Shown: positions 57,335-64,000 of the stretch, piece after piece
Layout of the letters: each line of letters begins with the position of its first letter
How positions within the stretch are numbered: position 1 is the first letter of the stretch
Origin: Pseudomonadota bacterium
GTDB lineage: Bacteria > Bdellovibrionota_G > JALEGL01 > DATDPG01
DNA length: 64,000 bases
Direction: 5' to 3'
Assembly: GCA_043809315.1 (NCBI GenBank)
Contig: JAZDDX010000017.1
Location: 98,075 to 162,074, forward strand
Position numbers and translations under genes: made by a program
Notes under the pieces: model-generated
What the model was told of the DNA's origin: nothing
Database searches by the model: none
Seen by the model: only the letters and a program-made list of their open reading frames with translations

Positions 57335-58198
57335 GTGCAGCTTCTGGAGCGGGCGTTCGCCAAGATCAATCTGATCCTCCGGGTCTACGACCGCCGGCCG
57401 GACGGGTTCCACCGGATTGAAACCTTGATGCTCAAAGTCGGTCTGTCCGACGAGATCGAACTCTCGATCGACGAGGGGAGCGAAATCACCGTCACGGTCG
57501 AGGATGCTCCAGATCTGAACGGCAAAGAGAACATCGCCTACCGCTCCGCCTGCGCCTATCTCGAGGAAGCCAGGCTTCGGAAGTCAGTTTCGATCGCAAT
57601 CCAGAAGCAGATCTTCATCGCAGCCGGCCTTGGTGGGGGGAGCAGCGATGCCGCTTCGGTCCTCCTGGCCCTGGAGAGCTGTTTTCGGAAGCTCGGTCCG
57701 GCGAAACTGAGGGAACTGGGGGCCCATTTGGGGAGCGACGTCCCGTTTTTTTTGCAACCGACCGATCTGGCGCTCGGAATCGGGCGGGGGGAGAAGATCG
57801 TCCCGTTCGGAAACCTCCCAAAACGCCCGGTTCTGCTCGTCAACCCGGGGTTCCCGGTCTCGACCAAAACCGCCTACGAACTCCTCGCTCGTCCGTTGAC
57901 TTCGGATGGGGGGGATGGTAGTACCCTCGCCTTCGCGCGGGGACCGGAAAAGTGGAGTGATCTTACGGGGTTACTCGAGCCCCGCAACGATCTCCAGGGA
58001 GTGGTGGAACGGCTTCATCCCGAGATTGCTGCGATCCGGAAACAACTCTCGGATCTCGGAGCGTCGATTTCGCAGATGAGCGGAAGCGGCGGGACGGTTT
58101 TCGGGTTGTTCGATGATTGGAATCTGGCGCGGTCGGCCGAGCGCGAGGTAAAAGGAAGCTGGAAAGCGGTATTGGCGGAAACAGGAGGCACGGCGTAA
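57335..58198 (+). CDS. ispE: 4-diphosphocytidyl-2-C-methyl-D-erythritol kinase
   Basis: AKINLIL...[31 protein letters not shown]. Confidence 0.96.
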   Translation: MQLLERAFAKINLILRVYDRRPDGFHRIETLMLKVGLSDEIELSIDEGSEITVTVEDAPDLNGKENIAYRSACAYLEEARLRKSVSIAIQKQIFIAAGLGGGSSDAASVLLALESCFRKLGPAKLRELGAHLGSDVPFFLQPTDLALGIGRGEKIVPFGNLPKRPVLLVNPGFPVSTKTAYELLARPLTSDGGDGSTLAFARGPEKWSDLTGLLEPRNDLQGVVERLHPEIAAIRKQLSDLGASISQMSGSGGTVFGLFDDWNLARSAEREVKGSWKAVLAETGGTA

Positions 58199-58213
58199 CG
58201 AAATACGAGCCAT

Positions 58214-58288
58214 TGGGGCGTCGACAAGTGGTAAGTCAACGGCCTTTGGAGCCGTCATTCGGAGGTTCGAATCCTCCCGCCCCAGCCA
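58214..58288 (+). tRNA. tRNA-Gln(TTG)
   Basis: TGGGGCG/CGCCCCA acceptor stem, ACGGC-CTTTGGA-GCCGT anticodon arm, GGTTCGAATCC, CCA; usual ispE-tRNA-prs context. Confidence 0.97.
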
Positions 58289-58307
58289 GTTTGAGAATGA
58301 GAGTCGC

Positions 58308-59246
58308 ATGAGAGAAATGAAAATATTTGCCGGGAACTCGAATCTCTCCTTGGCCAAGAAGATCTGCACGTACCTGGGGAGTCCTCTGGGGACGGCGGTG
58401 GTCAAGAGTTTCAGCGACGGCGAGACCTGGGTTGAGATTGACGAGAACGTCCGTGGGAAGGACGTTTTCATCATCCAATCCACCTCGACCCCGGCCAACG
58501 ATCACCTGATGGAACTCCTCGTGATGATCGACGCGTTCAAGCGGGCGTCGGCCGAGCGGATCACCGCGGTGATTCCGTACTACGGCTACGCACGGCAGGA
58601 CCGGAAGGTCGCTCCGCGCACGCCGATCACCTCGAAGCTCGTGGCCGATCTGCTGACCTCCGCCGGAACGAACCGGGTTCTGGCGATCGATCTCCACGCG
58701 GCGCAGATCCAGGGGTTCTTCAACATCCCGTTCGATCACCTCTACGCCACACCGGTTCTTCTGGATTTCATCCAGTCGATCGGCGGCGGCGAGATCGCGA
58801 TCGTCTCCCCGGATGCGGGGGGCGTGGAGCGTGCGCGGGCGTATGCGAAGAGGCTGAATGCTTCGTTGGCGATCATCGACAAGCGGCGGATCGGGCCGAA
58901 CGTGTCCGAAGTGATGAACGTCATCGGAGAAGTGCGGGGGAAGGTCGCCGTCATCGTCGACGACATCATCGACACGGCGGGGACGCTTACCCAGGCGGTT
59001 CCGGTCCTTCTGGACCGCGGAGCCACCAAGGTTTTCGGTGCGGGTACGCACGCGGTGCTGTCGGGGCCGGCGATCGAGCGGATCAACGAGTCCCCCCTCA
59101 CGGGGATCGGAGTCACCGACACGATCCAGGCACGCGGGGCCGCCGCGACGTGCAAGAAGATTCAATTGTTGTCGGTCGCCGAGCTTCTGGGTGAAGCGAT
59201 CCGCCGGATCCACAACGAGGATTCGGTCAGTACTTTGTTTGTCTAA
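58308..59246 (+). CDS. prs: Ribose-phosphate pyrophosphokinase
   Basis: [44 protein letters not shown]. Confidence 0.98.
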   Translation: MREMKIFAGNSNLSLAKKICTYLGSPLGTAVVKSFSDGETWVEIDENVRGKDVFIIQSTSTPANDHLMELLVMIDAFKRASAERITAVIPYYGYARQDRKVAPRTPITSKLVADLLTSAGTNRVLAIDLHAAQIQGFFNIPFDHLYATPVLLDFIQSIGGGEIAIVSPDAGGVERARAYAKRLNASLAIIDKRRIGPNVSEVMNVIGEVRGKVAVIVDDIIDTAGTLTQAVPVLLDRGATKVFGAGTHAVLSGPAIERINESPLTGIGVTDTIQARGAAATCKKIQLLSVAELLGEAIRRIHNEDSVSTLFV

Positions 59247-59257
59247 AGGAGTCCGCC

Positions 59258-60085
59258 ATGGAAAAGCGTGAGTTGAATGTGGAAGCGAGAAACGTCGGCA
59301 AAGGAGAGACGCATAAGCTCCGTGCCGAGGCGAAGATCCCGGCGGTGTTCTACGGGCCGTACGTCGAAAAGGCGGTCCCGTTGGCAGTGACGTCGACTGA
59401 ACTGTCCAAGGCCCTTGCGGGCGGATCGAATCCGCTCCTTACGCTGCGTGCGAAAGGGCTGGCCGGCATCGATGGGAAAATGGCCATGGTTCGCGATGAG
59501 CAGTTCCACCCGGTCACGATGAAGCGGGTTCACGTCGACTTCATCGAGGTCCGGATGGACGAGGAGATCAAGGTCGAGGTTCGGATCATCCTGACCGGCA
59601 AGGCGGCGGGGGTCGCGGAAGGCGGGATTCTTCAGCAGAGCCTTCGCGAACTCGAAGTCTTCTGTCTCCCGGCGGCGGTTCCGGAGAAGATCGAGGTGGA
59701 TGTCAGCTCCCTCACCATCGGCGACTCGCTGCACATCAGCGATATCACCCTTCCAAAGGGGGTGAGACCGGTTTCGGCGATCAACTACACTCTTGCTGCG
59801 GTGGTTCCGCCCGAGAAGGAAGAGGTCGCCCCGGTGGTTGCAGCCGAGGGTGTGGAGCCGGCGTTGGTCGGTGCGGAAGGCGCGGTCGAAGGTGCGGCTC
59901 CGGCCGAAGGTGCGGCTCCTGGCGCAGCCCCCGCAAAGGGCGCGGCTCCTGGCGCAGCTCCCGCGAAAGCAGCTCCTGGTGCGGCTCCGGCAAAAGGTGC
60001 AGCTCCTGGCGCAGCCCCTGCGAAGGGCGCGGCCCCGGCAGCGAAGGCTGAACCGGCCCGAGTCGAGAAAAAGAAGAAGGAATGA
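59258..60085 (+). CDS. rplY: 50S ribosomal protein bL25/Ctc with Ala/Pro-rich tail
   Basis: IPAVFYG, QFHPV...HVDF, GVAEGGILQ, IEVDVSSLTIGDSLH. Confidence 0.96.
   Translation: MEKRELNVEARNVGKGETHKLRAEAKIPAVFYGPYVEKAVPLAVTSTELSKALAGGSNPLLTLRAKGLAGIDGKMAMVRDEQFHPVTMKRVHVDFIEVRMDEEIKVEVRIILTGKAAGVAEGGILQQSLRELEVFCLPAAVPEKIEVDVSSLTIGDSLHISDITLPKGVRPVSAINYTLAAVVPPEKEEVAPVVAAEGVEPALVGAEGAVEGAAPAEGAAPGAAPAKGAAPGAAPAKAAPGAAPAKGAAPGAAPAKGAAPAAKAEPARVEKKKKE
59891..60037 (+). repeat. Degenerate coding tandem repeat (GAAP / GAAPAK)
   Basis: About ten GAAP-type units in the bL25 tail. Confidence 0.85.
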
Positions 60086-60636
60086 GGCTCGTCGTCGGGC
60101 TTGGGAACCCCGGTTCGGAGTACCAGTACACCCGGCACAATCTCGGGTTCCTGACGATCGACGCCTTTTTCGATCGGATCGGAAAACAGAAAGCCAAGAA
60201 AGTCGTCAACGCCTTCGTCGTCGAACGCGGAGATCTCTGGTTCGCCAAACCTCTCACGTTCATGAACGAGAGTGGGAGGTCGGTCGCGAAGCTCGCCGAG
60301 CGCGCGTCAGCATCCCCGAACGAAACGCTCATCATCCACGACGACGCCGACCTCGAGCCGGGGCAGATCAAACTCAAGAAGGGTGGGGGATCGGGGGGGC
60401 ACAACGGCCTCGAGTCGATCTTCGCCGAGTGGCAGACGCAGGAATTCTGGCGTTTACGGATCGGGATCGGGAAAAACCCGAATCAGGAACTAGCCGATTT
60501 TGTCCTGGAACCGATTTCCTTCAAGAAATTGAAGCCGGTTGCCGAGGCGGCTGCTGATGCGCTCGAGAAGATTTTTGAGCTCGGCCCGGAAAAAGCGATG
60601 AACGCGATCAACGCTCGGGTCAGTAATACAGAATAG
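60082..60636 (+). CDS. pth: Peptidyl-tRNA hydrolase
   Basis: LVVGLGNPG, TRHNLGF, KPLTFMNESG, GGHNGL, RLRIGIG. Confidence 0.97.
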   Translation: MRLVVGLGNPGSEYQYTRHNLGFLTIDAFFDRIGKQKAKKVVNAFVVERGDLWFAKPLTFMNESGRSVAKLAERASASPNETLIIHDDADLEPGQIKLKKGGGSGGHNGLESIFAEWQTQEFWRLRIGIGKNPNQELADFVLEPISFKKLKPVAEAAADALEKIFELGPEKAMNAINARVSNTE

Positions 60637-60642
60637 ACGCGC

Positions 60643-60671
60643 TTGCTTGTGGTGCCGCTTTTTGCTACAAG
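60643..60671 (+). promoter_or_regulatory. Sigma-70-like promoter of the rpsF operon
   Basis: TTGCTT-17-TACAAG with TG extension. Confidence 0.5.
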
Positions 60672-60681
60672 CAGCCCGCTT

Positions 60682-60727
60682 TTCCTCGCTCCGGACAATA
60701 GGGTTTCGGAGCAAACCCATGAGGAGG
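60682..60727 (+). ncRNA. Putative S6:S18 ribosomal-protein leader (cis-regulatory RNA)
   Basis: TTCCTC pairs with the SD GAGGAG; inner stem GCTCCG/CGGAGC; 3' internal loop AAACCCAT contains CCR. Confidence 0.7.
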
Positions 60728-60731
60728 TTTC

Positions 60732-61412
60732 GTGAAGAAGTACGATACGGTTGCGATTCTTCGTCCCGACGCTACGGACGAATACATCGCCGGACTCACC
60801 AAAAAAGTCGAAAAAGTCATCACCACCAAGCCCGGGGAACTCTTGAAGAAAGAGGACTGGGGGATGAAGAAGCTTGCCTACGAGGTGAAGAAACAGAAAC
60901 AGGGTCGGTATCTCTACTGGCACTACAGCCAGGCCGAGAAGGCGCCGGCCGAGGTCGACAAGAAGCTCCGCTTCGAAGAGAACGTCATGCGGTTCGTGAC
61001 GGTGGTGATCGAAGAGAAGACCACCTTCGCCAAGAAAGCCGCCCAACTCGCCAAAGGGACGATGGAGAAAAAGGAACCGTCCGACGGCGACGAGGGGGGG
61101 CCTCGGAAGAGACGGGGACGCGGCCAAGAGAGGCTGACCAAGGTCGATTATAAGGATGCGGCGTTCCTCTCCCGGTTCATCAACGAGCGCGGGAAGATCC
61201 TTCCCCGCCGGATCTCGGGGGTTGATGCCGTTTCGCAGCGCGCGGTGGCGGCTGCCATCAAATTGGCGCGCCAGCTTGCGATCCTGAGCTACACCGAGGG
61301 GTTCTTTACGACCAGTCAAGAGGATCGGGACCGAGATCGCGATCGAGACCGTGACCGGGATCGGGACCGAGATCGCGACCGCGATCGTGGCGAGAGGGGG
61401 GTCGAAGCGTGA
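60732..61412 (+). CDS. rpsF-rpsR: Fused 30S ribosomal proteins bS6-bS18 with (DR)11 tail
   Basis: Residues ~1-95 are S6 ([29 protein letters not shown]). The same frame continues without a stop into S18 ([37 protein letters not shown]). Confidence 0.93.
   Translation: MKKYDTVAILRPDATDEYIAGLTKKVEKVITTKPGELLKKEDWGMKKLAYEVKKQKQGRYLYWHYSQAEKAPAEVDKKLRFEENVMRFVTVVIEEKTTFAKKAAQLAKGTMEKKEPSDGDEGGPRKRRGRGQERLTKVDYKDAAFLSRFINERGKILPRRISGVDAVSQRAVAAAIKLARQLAILSYTEGFFTTSQEDRDRDRDRDRDRDRDRDRDRDRGERGVEA
61323..61388 (+). repeat. Coding repeat (GAY CGN) x11 = (Asp-Arg)11
   Basis: Eleven hexamer units with varied synonymous codons. Confidence 0.95.
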
Positions 61413-61858
61413 AAGTCATTCTCTTAGAGACGGTAAGCAACCTCGGGATGACCGGTGACATCGTCACCGTGAAGCCCAGATACGCGCGGAACTTTCTCCT
61501 TCCGAGGAAAAAGGCGATCGCGGCAGATGCGAGAAGCGTGAAGCACGTCGAGCATCAGAAGCTCGTTCTCGAACACAAGATGAAGAGAGCCAAGAAGGCA
61601 GGCGAGGAGATCCGGAAGACTCTCGAGGCGAAGCCGATCACGATCAAACGTAAGGCGGGGGAAAACGAGAAGTTGTTCGGGGCGGTCACGGCGATCGACA
61701 TCGAGAAATCGCTGGCCGGTGCCGGCGTCATCGTCAGCCGCAAAGGGATCAGCTTGTCGGAGCCGATCAAGAAGCTCGGCACGTACGAAGTCCCCGTCAA
61801 GCTCGACGGTGGCGTCGACGTGAAGATAACGGTTGAGGTCGCGGCCGAACAGGCTTAG
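61409..61858 (+). CDS. rplI: 50S ribosomal protein bL9
   Basis: [42 protein letters not shown]. Confidence 0.97.
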   Translation: MKVILLETVSNLGMTGDIVTVKPRYARNFLLPRKKAIAADARSVKHVEHQKLVLEHKMKRAKKAGEEIRKTLEAKPITIKRKAGENEKLFGAVTAIDIEKSLAGAGVIVSRKGISLSEPIKKLGTYEVPVKLDGGVDVKITVEVAAEQA

Positions 61859-61868
61859 TGGAGACGTG

Positions 61869-63215
61869 ATGGCTCCCGAGAGCACATCCCGGATCCCCCC
61901 ACAGAACCTCGAAGCCGAACAATCGGTTCTCGGTGCGATCCTCCTCGACAATGAGGCGGCACACGACGTAACCGAGATCCTCCGGCCGGAGGACTTCTAC
62001 AAGGAAGCTCACCGGCATATCTTCGAGGCGGTGCTGGGTCTTCTCGAACGGAACGAACCGGCCGATCTCGTCACGCTCACCAACGAACTGAAGAAACAGG
62101 GAGAACTCGAATCGATCGGCGGTGCCGCCTATCTGGCGACGCTGGTCGAGGCGGTCCCGACCTCCGCGAGCGTCCTCCATCATGCCCGGATCGTGAAGGA
62201 CAAGGCGACCGTGCGCGAGATCATCCGCGCGGCGAGCGAAATCGCCGAGAACGGATACGAAGGTGGGACCGAGGTGGCGGAGTTCCTCGATCAGGCGGAA
62301 CGGGTCATTTTCCAGGTCTCGGACCGGAACAATCGGAACGCCCTTCTTCCCCTTTCCGAAGCGGTCAAAGATTCATTCATCCAGATCGAGAAGGCGTACG
62401 AGCGGAAGAATCTGATCACCGGGCTTTCGACCGGGTTCAAGGAGATCGACAAGTTCACGTCGGGGTTACAACCCTCCGATCTCATCATCGTGGCGGGGCG
62501 CCCTTCGATGGGGAAGACCTCGCTCTGCCTCAACATCGCCCAGCACGCATCGCTGCACGAGAAGATCCCGGTGGCGGTCTTCTCCCTCGAAATGGCGCGG
62601 GAGCAGCTGGCGATGCGGCTCCTCTGTTCGGACGCGCGGATCGATTCGAACCGGGTCCGGACCGGGATGCTGAGTGAGGACGAGTGGATGCGCCTCACCA
62701 GCAGTGCCGGGACTCTGTCGGAGTCCTCGATCTACATCGACGATACGGCCCAACTGTCGACGTTCGAGATGCGGGCGAAGGCGAGAAGACTCAAGATCGC
62801 GAAAGGTCTCGGCCTTGTCGTCGTCGATTATCTGCAGCTGATGACGGCCCGGGGGAAGGTGGAGAGCCGGGAGCGGGAGATCTCCGACATCTCGCGTTCG
62901 CTCAAAGCGATGGCAAAAGAGTTGAAGGTACCGGTGATCGCCCTCTCGCAGCTCAACCGGGCGGTGGAGTCGCGGAACGACAAGCGGCCGCAGCTGTCCG
63001 ACCTGCGGGAGTCGGGGGCGATCGAACAAGACGCCGACATCGTCGGCTTCATCTACCGCGACGAAGTGTACAACAAAGACAGCCCCGACAAGGGGATCGC
63101 GGAGTTCGCGATCGTCAAACACCGGAACGGGCCGATCGGGACGGCGCGCCTGACCTTCATCCCGGAGTACACGCGGTTCGAGAACCTGGCGTTCGAGTAC
63201 GCCGAAACGAAGTAA
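61869..63215 (+). CDS. dnaB: Replicative DNA helicase DnaB
   Basis: PPQNLEAEQSVLG, AGRPSMGKT, FSLEM, VDYLQLM, LSQLNR, DLRESGAIEQDAD. Confidence 0.98.
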   Translation: MAPESTSRIPPQNLEAEQSVLGAILLDNEAAHDVTEILRPEDFYKEAHRHIFEAVLGLLERNEPADLVTLTNELKKQGELESIGGAAYLATLVEAVPTSASVLHHARIVKDKATVREIIRAASEIAENGYEGGTEVAEFLDQAERVIFQVSDRNNRNALLPLSEAVKDSFIQIEKAYERKNLITGLSTGFKEIDKFTSGLQPSDLIIVAGRPSMGKTSLCLNIAQHASLHEKIPVAVFSLEMAREQLAMRLLCSDARIDSNRVRTGMLSEDEWMRLTSSAGTLSESSIYIDDTAQLSTFEMRAKARRLKIAKGLGLVVVDYLQLMTARGKVESREREISDISRSLKAMAKELKVPVIALSQLNRAVESRNDKRPQLSDLRESGAIEQDADIVGFIYRDEVYNKDSPDKGIAEFAIVKHRNGPIGTARLTFIPEYTRFENLAFEYAETK

Positions 63216-63219
63216 CGTT

Positions 63220-64000
63220 TCAGAGAAGTTTCGTCTGCGCCGGCAACGCGGCGGCGATCCCGTACTCCGTCATCTTCCGCCGGAGCGTGTTCCGGTTGAT
63301 CCCAAGAACTTGCGCCGCGCGGACCTGGTTCCCGCTCGTCTGACGCAGGACCAGCGTGAAGAGGGGGCGCTCGACTCGTTCCAGAACCATCGGATGGAGA
63401 TCTTTCAGGTGTTCGACGCCGAACTTCCGGAAGAGGGCGCCCAACCGCTCCTCGATCAGTCCTTCGAGCGCCTGTTCCTCCCCTTCGATCGCTTGATCCG
63501 GGCGTGACAGGAAGGGGGCCAGGGAGCGGACCGAGATCCGGGTCGAGCCCGCGAGGACGCTGGAGGCGAAAAGGACCCCCTCCAACTCGCGGAGGTTCCC
63601 GGGCCAGTGATGTTCTTGAAGAAGCTTGACCGCGTCCTCGGCGATTCCGGCGTTCCGGACACCGAACTCCCTCGCCAGGCGATCGAGGGCCGAGCGTACG
63701 ATCAGCGGAAAGTCACTTTTCCGCTCCCGGAGTGGCGGGATGAAGAGCGCCGATCTTTTTAGAAGCTTGGCAAGATCGGCGTGGAGCAGGCGCTTGGCCG
63801 GGTCGGATCCACCGGGGGCCTGGATCGTGAATAGGCAGCGGGCGTCCATCTTGACCCGGTCCCCTCCGCCGAGAGGGGAAAAGTTCCGGTTCACGATTGC
63901 GTGCGCCAGCTTCTGTTGGAGGCGACGTGGCAGGTTCTCCACCTCGTCGAAGAGGACCGTTCCGCCACCGGCCATCGCGAAGATCGATCGGGCCGGGGAT
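63220..64000 (-). CDS. Sigma-54-interaction-like / Fis-HTH transcriptional regulator, 3' part (AAA+ looks degenerate)
   Basis: GGTVLFDEV, IPPLRER, WPGNLREL, GNQVRAAQVLGINRNTLRRK. The frame is open to the window edge. Confidence 0.88.
   Translation of the reverse strand, partial: SPARSIFAMAGGGTVLFDEVENLPRRLQQKLAHAIVNRNFSPLGGGDRVKMDARCLFTIQAPGGSDPAKRLLHADLAKLLKRSALFIPPLRERKSDFPLIVRSALDRLAREFGVRNAGIAEDAVKLLQEHHWPGNLRELEGVLFASSVLAGSTRISVRSLAPFLSRPDQAIEGEEQALEGLIEERLGALFRKFGVEHLKDLHPMVLERVERPLFTLVLRQTSGNQVRAAQVLGINRNTLRRKMTEYGIAAALPAQTKLL

Noticed and set aside
59891-61388. Tandem repeats considered as CRISPR arrays
   Set aside because: They are in-frame coding repeats without unique spacers; no cas genes or repeat-spacer arrays were seen in the window.

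Overview
GC-rich bacterial chromosome segment. Gene content (TPR-Ser/Thr kinase, DUF4388 and FHA proteins, myxobacterial-type Cys-rich repeats, sigma-54 regulators, many lipoproteins) suggests a delta-proteobacterial-type lineage such as Bdellovibrionota or Myxococcota; this is inference. Housekeeping blocks: alr, ssb, khpA, ftsY, zapA-ymdB, gatCAB-mtnA-ilvE, yebC-ruvCAB, and ispE-tRNA-Gln-prs-rplY-pth-rpsF/rpsR-rplI-dnaB. Accessory content: a four-gene Tad block, an FHA/TPR/DUF4388/OmpA/rhomboid operon, an LpoB-type five-lipoprotein cluster, four toxin-antitoxin modules, secreted glycan-active enzymes, and a ~6.7 kb integrative element at tRNA-Leu(TAA). Main observations: (1) bS6 and bS18 are encoded as one ORF with a (DR)11 tail, and an S6:S18-type leader is retained upstream; (2) the capsid-less, satellite-like element duplicates the 5' half and upstream region of the tRNA rather than the usual 3' end; (3) sigma-54-type promoters precede both the Tad block and the distant FHA operon, suggesting one split contact or predation apparatus; (4) many genes look leaderless. 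All family assignments come from motif recognition by eye; no database searches were run.
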